Assembly (NCBI GenBank): GCA_937861115.1
Contig: CALMBD010000011.1
Location: 985-64,984, forward strand
Length of the DNA stretch: 64,000 nucleotides
Reading direction: 5' to 3'
From: an uncultured Bacteroidota bacterium
GTDB taxonomy: Bacteria > Bacteroidota > Bacteroidia > Chitinophagales > Saprospiraceae
Part shown: piece after piece, positions 8,343 to 17,050 of the stretch
Layout of the letters: every line of letters starts with the position of its first letter
Numbering within the stretch: position 1 is the stretch's first letter
Program-made: the position numbers and the translations under genes
The notes under the pieces: generated by a model
The model's database searches: none
The model's input: only the letters and a program-made list of their open reading frames with translations
What the model was told of the DNA's origin: nothing

Positions 8343-8765
8343 ATGACGAAACTGATCTGCACTTTCGCCACCCTTTTCTTTTTCACTGCGGTACAAGCCC
8401 AATCCGTTACGGGTATCTGGAAAACAAAAGACGACGAGACCGGGGAGGCTAAAAGTCATATAGAAATATACGAGTCCGGCGGTAAACTTTATGGAAAGGT
8501 AGTCAAACTGCTGCGTGAAAAACCCGACCGTTTGTGTGAAAAATGCCCGGGCGAGCGCAAAAATCAACCCGTGCTCAACATGATCATCATGGTGAACATG
8601 GTGCAAAAAGACGGCTTGTGGCAATCTGGCGACATCCTTGACCCGGAAAAAGGAAAGTGGTACCGGTGCAAGATTTGGCTGAAAGAGGGCGATTCCAATA
8701 CGCTCGTAGTGCGCGGTTATCTGGGTCCTTTTTACCGGACACAATATTGGACCAGGGTGCCATAG
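8343..8765 (+). CDS. DUF2147 domain-containing secreted protein
   Basis: The start is at the signal peptide MTKLICTFATLFFFTAVQAQS. GIWKTKDDETGEAKSHIEIYESGGKLYGKVVKLL...DPEKGKWYRCKIWL...LVVRGYLGPFYRTQYWTRV is the classic DUF2147 pattern. Confidence 0.7.
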   Translation: MTKLICTFATLFFFTAVQAQSVTGIWKTKDDETGEAKSHIEIYESGGKLYGKVVKLLREKPDRLCEKCPGERKNQPVLNMIIMVNMVQKDGLWQSGDILDPEKGKWYRCKIWLKEGDSNTLVVRGYLGPFYRTQYWTRVP

Positions 8766-8845
8766 CGAGATATCCAATTTTTTTCTTCGCGCACTTGCAC
8801 AGAATCCGCAGCCGAAGTACCTTTGCCCCGCTTTTGAAAAAGCAC

Positions 8846-8916
8846 TGGGCCATGGTGTAATGGTAACACAGCAGATTTTGGTTCTGTTATTCAGGGTTCG
8901 AGTCCTTGTGGCCCAA
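8846..8916 (+). tRNA. tRNA-Gln: tRNA-Gln (anticodon UUG)
   Basis: The acceptor stem TGGGCCA pairs with TGGCCCA. The D-loop is GTGTAATGGTAACAC. The anticodon arm is GCAGA-TTTTGGT-TCTGT, placing TTG at positions 34-36. The T-arm is GGGTTCGAGTCCT. Confidence 0.9.
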
Positions 8917-8920
8917 CAAA

Positions 8921-8958
8921 AAAGCCCTCCTGCGCAATCAGGAGGGCTTTTTGTTTTT
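8921..8958. terminator. Bidirectional intrinsic terminator between the tRNA-Gln and the convergent peroxiredoxin-like gene
   Basis: AAAGCCCTCCTG-CGCAAT-CAGGAGGGCTTT forms a 12-bp stem. It has an A-run upstream and TTTTTGTTTTT downstream. Confidence 0.75.
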
Positions 8959-8974
8959 CAGCAAACAGGGGGCC

Positions 8975-9598
8975 TCAATTCGGGAAAATCTTTTTCCTCG
9001 GGAAACGCGCCGGCTTCGTTTTATAAATTTCACCGGTAGCATCCGACTGCTCCAGGGCGCCAAGAGGCTCCAGGGGAGGGTTGGTCTCTTCAATCAGGTT
9101 TCCCTGAAGGCGATCGAACAGGGTTTCGATCTCGATCAGCGCACTCTCGATATCGGGCATGAGCGGACGCGTGATGATATGGCGGATTACACCTTCCGGA
9201 TCGATGATAAAGGCCAGCCTGTTGCATCCGGGCTGCGGGCGCCGACCCGATGCCATGCCGTAAAGGTTGGCAACAGAAAAATCCAGATCTTCCAGTACCG
9301 GCGCCTTTAGGTGTATGCCAATGAAGCGGCGGGCTTTGTCCGACCAGTCATTTTCACGCATCGGCTCCGTGGATAGTGCCAGCACTTTGGTATTGCGTTC
9401 GTTGAGCCAGCGTTCTTTTTTTGCGAGAAATGCCGAAAACATAGTCCAGGCAGAAGTGAAGTTGGCCGGATGGGCAAAAAACACACACCAGAAGCCCCGG
9501 CTGTAATCGGGGAACCGGATAAGACCCTGGGGAGTGGAAAATTCAAAATAAGGCGCAGGGTCGCCCGATTGTGGCAGGTTTGGGCTGTTGCTTGCCAT
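8975..9598 (-). CDS. Peroxiredoxin-fold (1-Cys Prx/AhpC-TSA family-like) protein lacking the peroxidatic cysteine
   Basis: GDPAPYFEF...WCVFFAHPANFTSAWTMF...KVLALSTE...NRLAFIIDPEGVIRHI aligns by eye with Prx6-type ...ILFSHPRDFTPVCTTE...IALS.D...R.VFIIDP...IR. The Cys position is a TGG Trp codon at nt 9446-9448. Confidence 0.7.
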   Translation of the reverse strand: MASNSPNLPQSGDPAPYFEFSTPQGLIRFPDYSRGFWCVFFAHPANFTSAWTMFSAFLAKKERWLNERNTKVLALSTEPMRENDWSDKARRFIGIHLKAPVLEDLDFSVANLYGMASGRRPQPGCNRLAFIIDPEGVIRHIITRPLMPDIESALIEIETLFDRLQGNLIEETNPPLEPLGALEQSDATGEIYKTKPARFPRKKIFPN

Positions 9599-9647
9599 TT
9601 TTTATTTAATTGAACATAATCAGTTTTTGAAGGACTAAATTTCACCC

Positions 9648-9655
9648 CAAAAGTA
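9648..9655 (-). promoter_or_regulatory. Candidate -7 promoter box for the peroxiredoxin-like gene
   Basis: Plus-strand CAAAAGTA equals TACTTTTG on the minus strand. It lies 50 nt upstream of the start at 9598. Confidence 0.3.
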
Positions 9656-9776
9656 ACCTCTTTCCCGCATACATTGTGCGATGTTTGATCAAACGTCAAA
9701 AACCGACGCGATTTCTTGGAGAAAAATATTCGCAAGGGTAGTTCAAGTGGTTTTTTTGTGCACGGGCTTAAAAATG

Positions 9777-9784
9777 TACTTTTG
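9777..9784 (+). promoter_or_regulatory. Candidate -7 promoter box for the beta-mannosidase gene
   Basis: TACTTTTG matches TAnnTTTG. It lies 70 nt upstream of ATG 9854 and 5 nt before the 16-bp inverted repeat. Confidence 0.35.
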
Positions 9785-9789
9785 CCGAC

Positions 9790-9831
9790 CAGGTATTGTG
9801 ACAAGACAGTTGAACCTTGTCACAATACCTG
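9790..9831. promoter_or_regulatory. Perfect 16-bp inverted repeat, either an operator or a 5'-UTR hairpin, in front of the beta-mannosidase gene
   Basis: CAGGTATTGTGACAAG - 10 nt - CTTGTCACAATACCTG. It ends 22 nt before ATG 9854. Confidence 0.5.
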
Positions 9832-9853
9832 TTTCAACTAATTCAACCCTTAC

Positions 9854-12373
9854 ATGAAGTTTTTTACGCTCGTCATATCCGTATTGCTTGCCATGCCAGC
9901 CCTCGCTCAAACCACTGCCTTGCCGGTCCGCCAATCTATTCAGGTGCCCTGGGAGTTCCGGCAGGCCCATACAGAATCCTGGAAGCCAACCAAAGTACCG
10001 GTTAGTGTGCATACTGCCCTGCTGCAGAATGGCATGATCGATGACCCATATTACCGTGATAACGAAGAAAAACTGCAATGGATTGAGCGGGAAGACTGGG
10101 AATTCCAATGCGTATTCGATGTCGATTCGGCTGTGCTGCAGCACAAACATGTTGAACTGGTTTTCAAAAGCCTGGATACCTATGCGCATGTATACCTGAA
10201 TGACAGCCTGCTGCTGGAGACCGACAATATGTTCCGGACCTGGAAAGCAGATGCGAAGCACCTGTTAAAGCCCAAAGGCAACAGGTTGCACGTTTATTTC
10301 GAAAGCCCGTTAAAAAAAGTTGAGCCGGACTGGAAGAACCTCGGCTATGAACTGCCCGGCGGTATACGCACCATGACACGAAAGGCACAATTCCACTATG
10401 GCTGGGATTGGGGACCGCGTTTCGTGGGCTGCGGCATCCTGAAAGCGCCGGAAATACTCGCCTGGAACGATCTGATCATCGAGAATATCTACGTCACCAC
10501 CCAAAAACTGACGAAAGAAAATGCCCGGATGGTTGCCCGTTTTCGGTACCGTTCAGACATTGCAGCGCCCGTCACGATTTTTACACAAATCGGCAAAAGC
10601 AAATCTGTGGAAGACCGGAAACTCCGGATTGGCGTCCATGAGGATTCCGTAACCTGGGATGTGCCCGAGCCCCGACTCTGGTGGTGCAACGGCATGGGGG
10701 AGCCTTTTCTTTATGACTTTTCGGTCAGTATCAAGCAAAATGTAGCCACCATCGAACGCGCCGATGTACGCATGGGTATCCGTACCGTCGAATTGGTGCG
10801 GGAAAAAGACAGCGCCGGCGAAAGTTTCTATTTCAAACTGAACGGAGTACCGGTATTTGCCAAAGGCGCCAACTACATCCCGCAGGACATGTTTCAGGAT
10901 CGCGTTGCACCAGACCAGTACAAGCGGCTGCTCGACGATGCCGTGGCTTCCAACATGAACATGCTGCGCGTGTGGGGCGGCGGCATTTACGAAGACGATC
11001 TGTTTTACCAACTCTGCGATGCACGGGGTATCATGGTCTGGCAGGACTTTATGTATGCCTGTGCCATGTACCCGGGTAACGGCAGTTTTTTGAAAAATGC
11101 CTCGAGGGAAGCCTTCGAGCAAATCGAGCGCCTGCGCCAGCACCCCTGTATTGCGCTGTGGTGCGGCAACAACGAGAACGATGAGGCCTGGCATAACTGG
11201 GGCTGGCAAATGCAGTTTACCGAGGCCCAGCGCGGCCAGCTCTGGCGAGACTACCAGGTGCTCTTCAACGATCTGCTGCGTACCTATGTCGAGAATTACG
11301 GCGGCGGCGTATCCTACTGGGAGAGTTCGCCGAAATACGGACGGGCCAACGCCAAATCGACCACCGAAGGTGATTCGCATTATTGGGGGGTCTGGCACGA
11401 CGAGGAGCCGTTCGATATGTTCAATAAAAAGGTGCCGCGTTTTATGAGCGAATACGGCTTTCAGTCTTTTCCCGACTGGCCTACCATCGCGACGTTTACG
11501 CAACCCGACGACCGGGTACTCGACAGCAAGGTTATGCTTGCGCACCAGAAACATCCGAGGGGCAACGCTATCATCGCCGAGTACATGAAACGCGACTACC
11601 GCCCGACCAACAATTTTGAAGATTTTGTTTACGTCAGCCAACTCCTGCAGGCCGAAGGTATGCGCACCGGTATTGAAGCGCATCGCCGCAGCAAACCCTA
11701 CTGCATGGGCACCCTTTACTGGCAACTCAACGATGTGTGGCCTGTGGCTTCCTGGGCCGGTCGCGATTACTACGGGCACTGGAAAGCATTGCAATACTAC
11801 GCCCGCGACGTGTTCCGTCCCGTGGCCGCCCTGCCGGTTGTGGAAGACGATATCCTGAAAATATACGGCGTTTGCGACCTGCCGACAGATGTCCGGGTGA
11901 CGGTGCAGGTGCGTGCTTTCGATTTTGATGGCAAGGCGCTCAGCGACGTGACGCAACTCGATACCCCTATCCGCTCCGACTCCAGCAGGATGATCTGGCA
12001 AGGTGCGCTCAAGTCCGTTTTAGGCCGCAAAAAAGAAGAAAATGCCGTAGCGGAAATTACCCTCAAGAGCCCGGAAGGCAATTTGCTGTACCGCCGGTTG
12101 TACTATTTCGCGCCACCACGCAAACAGGCCCTGCCGCGTACCCGAATCAACATGAAAGTCGAACAGGTAAATGAAGGATACCGGATCAGCCTGGAAAGCA
12201 ACAAACTGGCCAGGAACGTGTTGATCAGTACGGAGGCAAAGGGCTTTTTAAGCGACAATTATTTTGATATGCTTCCGGGCGAGCGCAAAACGGTGCTGTT
12301 CAGAACGAATGGCGTGATCGACGATCCACAGTCGGCATTCAGGATAAAGAGTTTGGTGGATACCTATAATTGA
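9854..12373 (+). CDS. Beta-mannosidase (glycoside hydrolase family 2)
   Basis: 839 aa with a signal peptide. Motifs seen: FHYGWDWGPRF, MLRVWGGGIYE, WQDFMYACAMYP, the NNENDEAW acid/base region, GDSHYWGVWH and the FMSEYGFQSFP nucleophile region. Confidence 0.9.
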   Translation: MKFFTLVISVLLAMPALAQTTALPVRQSIQVPWEFRQAHTESWKPTKVPVSVHTALLQNGMIDDPYYRDNEEKLQWIEREDWEFQCVFDVDSAVLQHKHVELVFKSLDTYAHVYLNDSLLLETDNMFRTWKADAKHLLKPKGNRLHVYFESPLKKVEPDWKNLGYELPGGIRTMTRKAQFHYGWDWGPRFVGCGILKAPEILAWNDLIIENIYVTTQKLTKENARMVARFRYRSDIAAPVTIFTQIGKSKSVEDRKLRIGVHEDSVTWDVPEPRLWWCNGMGEPFLYDFSVSIKQNVATIERADVRMGIRTVELVREKDSAGESFYFKLNGVPVFAKGANYIPQDMFQDRVAPDQYKRLLDDAVASNMNMLRVWGGGIYEDDLFYQLCDARGIMVWQDFMYACAMYPGNGSFLKNASREAFEQIERLRQHPCIALWCGNNENDEAWHNWGWQMQFTEAQRGQLWRDYQVLFNDLLRTYVENYGGGVSYWESSPKYGRANAKSTTEGDSHYWGVWHDEEPFDMFNKKVPRFMSEYGFQSFPDWPTIATFTQPDDRVLDSKVMLAHQKHPRGNAIIAEYMKRDYRPTNNFEDFVYVSQLLQAEGMRTGIEAHRRSKPYCMGTLYWQLNDVWPVASWAGRDYYGHWKALQYYARDVFRPVAALPVVEDDILKIYGVCDLPTDVRVTVQVRAFDFDGKALSDVTQLDTPIRSDSSRMIWQGALKSVLGRKKEENAVAEITLKSPEGNLLYRRLYYFAPPRKQALPRTRINMKVEQVNEGYRISLESNKLARNVLISTEAKGFLSDNYFDMLPGERKTVLFRTNGVIDDPQSAFRIKSLVDTYN

Positions 12374-12405
12374 TATCATTTCTACAACTTCAACAGATTC
12401 AAACC

Positions 12406-14076
12406 ATGGACAAACCCTGGCTGAAAATTTATCCAAACGGTGTACCGGCCAATATCGATCCGGACAAATACGCCAGCGTCATTTCAATGGTGGAGGAGTG
12501 CTTTCTAAAGTACCGCGACCTGCCGGCCTTTATTTTTATGGGCAAAACCATGACGTTTGGGGAGCTGGATACTTTGAGCCGCCAGTTTGGCGCCTATCTG
12601 CAGTCGCGTGGCCTGGAGCCCGGCGATCGGATAGCGCTCATGATGCCCAATCTGTTGCAGTATCCCATCGCTCTGTTTGGGGCATTGCGGGCCGGGCTGA
12701 TCCTGGTCAATACCAACCCGCTGTATACGCCGCGCGAAATGCGGCACCAGTTTGCCGATTCGGGCGCCAAGGCAATCATCATTGCCGAAAATTTTGCAGC
12801 CAATCTCCAGCAGATCATCGGCGAGACCCAGATCAAAACGGTCATCCTGACCAATATCGGCGAAATGCTGGGCCTGAAAGGAATGATTGTCAATTTCGTG
12901 GTGCGCAAGATCAAGCGCATGGTGCCCAAATTCAGCATCCCGAATACCGTGATGTTTACCGATGCGCTCCGGCAGGGCCGGAAATTTACGATCAAGCCGT
13001 TTGCCTCGAACCCCGACGATACCATCGCCCTTCAATATACGGGTGGCACCACCGGCGTATCTAAAGGCGCCATGCTTACCAACCGCAACCTCGTAGCCAA
13101 TATGTTGCAGATCCGGGCATGGCTATCACCCATATTGCCCGAGGGGGAAGTTGTGGCGCTGTGCCCGCTCCCGCTGTACCATATTTTCGCATTTACAGTC
13201 AATTGCCTGGCGTTCATGAACTGCGGAGCGCGCAATATCCTGATCGTCAATGCCCGCGACCTGAAAGCCCTTATCAAGGACTGGCGTACCTACCAGCCCA
13301 ATGTGGTAACCGGTGTCAACACGCTTTTCAACGGACTGCTGAACCACCCCGATTTTGCCGGCCTTGATTTCTCCGGGCTCAAGGCAACCGTAGGCGGCGG
13401 CATGGCCGTTCAGCGCGCCGTGGCCGAGCGTTGGCAGCAGGTCACCGGCTGCCAATTGACGGAAGGATATGGTATGACGGAAAGCAGCCCTGTGCTTACC
13501 GTCAATCCGATCGACCAGAGTATGCGGCTTGGCACCATTGGCATGCCTGTACCCTCCACTGACCTGCGTATTGCCGATGAAACGGGCGACAGCCTGCCAC
13601 CTGGCCCCGAACACGTCGGAGAGATCCAGGCGCGTGGCCCACAGGTAATGAAAGGCTACTGGCAGCGCCCCGATGCAACAGCGGAAACCATCAAAAACGA
13701 TTGGTTGTGCACGGGTGATATGGGATTTATGCACCCGGATGGCTTTTTTCAGATCGTAGACCGCAAAAAAGACATGATCCTCGTATCGGGTTTCAATGTT
13801 TACCCGAACGAGGTGGAAGACGTGCTTGCCATGCACCCCAAAGTACTGGAATCCTGCGCGCTTGGTATACCCGACGAAAAATCCGGGGAGGTGGTCAAGG
13901 TATTTGTAGTAAAAAAAGATCCCTCCCTGACCGAAAAGGAGGTTATCGCGCATTGCCGGGAAAACCTGACGGGTTACAAAGTACCCAAGCAGGTGGAATT
14001 CAGAACCGAACTGCCCAAGACAAACATCGGGAAAATTCTGCGCAGGGCCCTTAGGGATGAAAAGAAACCCGCATAG
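12406..14076 (+). CDS. fadD: Long-chain-fatty-acid--CoA ligase (AMP-dependent synthetase)
   Basis: I trimmed the start to ATG 12406 (MDKPWLKIYPNGVP). Motifs seen: the LQYTGGTTGVSKGAML AMP-binding motif, LTEGYGMTE, GDMGFMHPDGFFQIVDRKKDMILVSGFNVYPNEVE and LPKTNIGKILRR. Confidence 0.9.
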   Translation: MDKPWLKIYPNGVPANIDPDKYASVISMVEECFLKYRDLPAFIFMGKTMTFGELDTLSRQFGAYLQSRGLEPGDRIALMMPNLLQYPIALFGALRAGLILVNTNPLYTPREMRHQFADSGAKAIIIAENFAANLQQIIGETQIKTVILTNIGEMLGLKGMIVNFVVRKIKRMVPKFSIPNTVMFTDALRQGRKFTIKPFASNPDDTIALQYTGGTTGVSKGAMLTNRNLVANMLQIRAWLSPILPEGEVVALCPLPLYHIFAFTVNCLAFMNCGARNILIVNARDLKALIKDWRTYQPNVVTGVNTLFNGLLNHPDFAGLDFSGLKATVGGGMAVQRAVAERWQQVTGCQLTEGYGMTESSPVLTVNPIDQSMRLGTIGMPVPSTDLRIADETGDSLPPGPEHVGEIQARGPQVMKGYWQRPDATAETIKNDWLCTGDMGFMHPDGFFQIVDRKKDMILVSGFNVYPNEVEDVLAMHPKVLESCALGIPDEKSGEVVKVFVVKKDPSLTEKEVIAHCRENLTGYKVPKQVEFRTELPKTNIGKILRRALRDEKKPA

Positions 14077-14163
14077 CCGTTCTGATCAAATAACTGCTTC
14101 CCCAAATTCGTTTGCAGCGTGGCTGCTTCGATGCCGGCGTTACCAACCAATCTTTTGCCACAG

Positions 14164-14628
14164 ATGAAATTTTTGACCTTGCTCATTACAGGCCTTATCG
14201 GCTTTTCTGCCTGCAAAAACCAACAAAAGCCCGCCACCGACGGGGCGATTGTACCGGAACAAACCCTCCAAAGTACAGCCGGACTCCCGCAAGATTTCGT
14301 CGATTTTTACGACAAATTTCATCAGGACAGTTTGTTCCAGATGGAACACATTGTATGGCCCCTTCAGGGCGACAAAAGTGTGCAAGTGGACAGTTTTCGC
14401 TATGAAAAGAAAAATATTCAATGGCAGCAGGCGGACTGGCGTATGCAGCGCATTGATTACAACCCGAACGACTACCTCCGGGAACTGCAAACCCTGGGTG
14501 ACATGATGATAATCGAACGAATCATGACCAAGTCGGCCAATTACGGCGTGGAAAGGCGCTTTGCCAAACAGCCCGACGGCAGCTGGGCGCTTATTTTTTA
14601 TTCCGATATGCAGGAAAGAGGAAACTAA
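14164..14628 (+). CDS. Lipoprotein of unknown function (DUF4348-like)
   Basis: The start is at MKFLTLLITGLIGFSAC, a lipobox with Cys. FVDFYDKFHQDSLFQMEHIVWPL resembles the F..F...F..D..FQ...I.FPL motif as I recall it. The family assignment is tentative. Confidence 0.5.
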   Translation: MKFLTLLITGLIGFSACKNQQKPATDGAIVPEQTLQSTAGLPQDFVDFYDKFHQDSLFQMEHIVWPLQGDKSVQVDSFRYEKKNIQWQQADWRMQRIDYNPNDYLRELQTLGDMMIIERIMTKSANYGVERRFAKQPDGSWALIFYSDMQERGN

Positions 14629-14643
14629 AGCAGCTTCAGGGGC

Positions 14644-14687
14644 AAAAAAATTTCAGGGCTGTCATTACGTCAGCCCTGAAACTTTTT
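14644..14687. terminator. Bidirectional intrinsic terminator between convergent genes
   Basis: AAAAAAA-TTTCAGGGCTG-TCATTACGT-CAGCCCTGAAA-CTTTTT forms an 11-bp perfect stem flanked by an A-run and a T-run. Confidence 0.7.
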
Positions 14688-14707
14688 AACTCCAAAACCC
14701 GACGGCC

Positions 14708-16657
14708 TTATTTATTCACTACCAGTTTGCGGGTAAACGATTGTTCGCCGTTGCGCACCTGGACGAAGTAAACGCCGTTTGGCAATGTACGCACATCCAG
14801 TGTCATCCTGTTGTCGCCCTTGCTCATAGTACGGTGTTGCTGTATGGCAAGTTTTCCGGCAGGATCAAGCACGCTTACCGTAACATCGGCGTCTGCCTGC
14901 ATGGGCACTTCCACAGTCAGTTGATCGGTTGCCGGATTGGGATACATGCCAAACTCGGCTTCTTCAAAGATGACCGGCACTTCCATTTCCGTCACCTCTC
15001 CGTCGGTAGAGCCGTCGGTACGCCAGTTGGTGCTGCTGAGGCTTACTTTCAGCGTATAACATTGTGAGTTGCTGAAAGCGCCGCCGTAGCCGTACACATA
15101 GGCATAGTAACTGCTGGAAACGGTGGTTGTGTTATAAATGATCAGTTCGTCGACAGTGCCGCCGTTTTGCGAAACAGCGAGGTAGCTGCTGCCGCGGTAG
15201 AGCCGCACATCATAGTCGGCAGGCAGGTTGTACATTTCAATCTTGATGCGCCGCTGTGTAGAAGTGTTGGAAAAACGATTCCAGTCCACATCTGTCGACG
15301 TCGCAATTTGTGCATTGATGGCAGTATTAACAGGAATGACCTGCGCCGTGCCGCGCGTGTTATTCGGCTCGTATGCATCTGTGCATCCGCCACCGCCGCC
15401 TGACTGCGTGGTAAAGGACGAGGCAGCGGAATAGCTACCCGATGTCGCTCCGCACACCGCCTGTACCTGGAAGTCGTAGGAGGTGCTTGCGCTCAGCCCG
15501 CTCAATCCGTAAGAAGTACTGCCGAGGCCGGTAACGGTTGTCCAGGAGCCGGAAGCAGAGGGCTTCCATTGCAAATTATAGGACGTTGCGCCGCTTACGG
15601 CGCTCCAGCCCAGTGTTGCAGCGGTCTGGGTGATGCCGGTAGCCGTCAGGCCTGAAACCGTTCCGCAGGAGCCGCCGCCACCGGGAGGCTGGCATCCGGG
15701 CGAGGTCAGCAGCGCTGCGCGGGCGCCACCTGCGCCAAACAACGCTTGCATCCTGCTTTTCTGACCGTTGGTAAAGAGGTTCATGCAGGCATCGTCGGTG
15801 TAGTCCATGTAGTTCATAAACATATCGCCGTTTGGGCCATTGCTGCAGCTCACCGTCGGGAACGCCGGGCAGCCGTAGTTTTCATCGGCCTGGTTGGGTG
15901 TATCGCTCACATTATCGGTTCCGTTGCAGGAAGTGCCGTCGTCGCCCCAAATGTGGTAGCAGTTGAGCCAGTGGCCTACTTCGTGGGTAGCCGTGCGGCC
16001 CAGGTGGAAAGGCGGCGTGGCGTTAACGGTTCCGAAGTATGCATAATCGCATACAACGCCATCGGTAGCAGCCGGGCCACCGGGAAATTGTGCATAACCC
16101 AGCAGACCGCCGCTGAGGTCGCACACCCAAAGGTTCAGGTATTTGTTGCGATCCCAGGCATTGAGACCGCCGTTGTTGTAATACTTGACATTGTCATTGG
16201 TGCTAAAGCCGTTCACGGTCGTCTGTCGGCGTTCGATACCGGTTGTGGCCGCTCCGCTGGGGTCCTGTGAAGCCAGGCAGAAGTTGATTTCGCAGTCGGC
16301 GGCTATGGACTGGAATACGGACGGCGTATTGGAGGCGTCGGCATTCAGGCGGCGAAAATCGGCATTGAGTACGTCTATTTGCGATTGTATCTGTAAGTCA
16401 CTGATGTTCTGTGTCGAGTTGAAATACACTACGTGCACCACCACGGGGATGGTTACCTGTACGCGGTCCTGGGCGCCACCGGACTGGATAAAATCTTCGG
16501 TGTGGCGCTCGATGTCATTCATACGTTGTTGCAGGAAGGGGTCTTCCAGCAGTTGCCGGGCGAGCACCTCGTTGGCGCCGCATGTACGTTGTTGGGCAAA
16601 AGTGCTGCCCATAAAGAGCAGAAGCGAGCAGATTGAAAGCAGAAAATTTCTGATCAT
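14708..16657 (-). CDS. Secreted M43 (pappalysin/cytophagalysin-like) zinc metalloprotease with FN3, pre-peptidase C-terminal-like and T9SS sorting domains
   Basis: I trimmed the start to MIRNFLLSICSLLLFMGSTFAQ (ATG at complement of 16657). The metzincin motif is HEVGHWLNCYHIWGDDG. An FN3-like segment reads SGLTATGITQTAATLGWSAVSGATSYNLQWK. AYEPNNTRGTAQ...YDVRLY is a PPC-like domain. The C-terminus MYPNPATDQLTVEV...GVYFVQVRNG...LVVNK is a T9SS CTD. Confidence 0.85.
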   Translation of the reverse strand: MIRNFLLSICSLLLFMGSTFAQQRTCGANEVLARQLLEDPFLQQRMNDIERHTEDFIQSGGAQDRVQVTIPVVVHVVYFNSTQNISDLQIQSQIDVLNADFRRLNADASNTPSVFQSIAADCEINFCLASQDPSGAATTGIERRQTTVNGFSTNDNVKYYNNGGLNAWDRNKYLNLWVCDLSGGLLGYAQFPGGPAATDGVVCDYAYFGTVNATPPFHLGRTATHEVGHWLNCYHIWGDDGTSCNGTDNVSDTPNQADENYGCPAFPTVSCSNGPNGDMFMNYMDYTDDACMNLFTNGQKSRMQALFGAGGARAALLTSPGCQPPGGGGSCGTVSGLTATGITQTAATLGWSAVSGATSYNLQWKPSASGSWTTVTGLGSTSYGLSGLSASTSYDFQVQAVCGATSGSYSAASSFTTQSGGGGGCTDAYEPNNTRGTAQVIPVNTAINAQIATSTDVDWNRFSNTSTQRRIKIEMYNLPADYDVRLYRGSSYLAVSQNGGTVDELIIYNTTTVSSSYYAYVYGYGGAFSNSQCYTLKVSLSSTNWRTDGSTDGEVTEMEVPVIFEEAEFGMYPNPATDQLTVEVPMQADADVTVSVLDPAGKLAIQQHRTMSKGDNRMTLDVRTLPNGVYFVQVRNGEQSFTRKLVVNK

Positions 16658-17050
16658 GATTAACAGAAAAGTTAAAATATGAAAAATTTGAGTTTGGTAT
16701 AAGCGCTGGAATCGGGCAAACGGAAATTGCCTGGCTGCTTTCAAATGGAGAATTTTCGCTGGCGCAAATGTATTTTTTTTGTTTAAATGAAAACCTTAAA
16801 TTTATTTGTCGGAAAAGAAAGAATTCGGTGTGGTGTGTTGCTTCCTGATTTTGACTCAGCAAATAATTTTGTGGATATTGATATTCAGCACATTATAAGG
16901 CGCCCCATAAAATTTTATGTCCAGCTAGAACAGCAAGAAAAATACTGCCCGGGAAGTGGAAAGTAGATTTAAGGGAATGCCCGGGGACAGAACTGTGGTT
17001 CCTTTTTCACAACTACTGCTACTTTTACCCCTGAATAAAATACCGTAATC

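Noticed and set aside
10553-12001. 482-aa minus-strand ORF
   Set aside because: It is fully antisense to the GH2 beta-mannosidase gene, which has clear catalytic motifs. The antisense product has no motifs and a biased composition.
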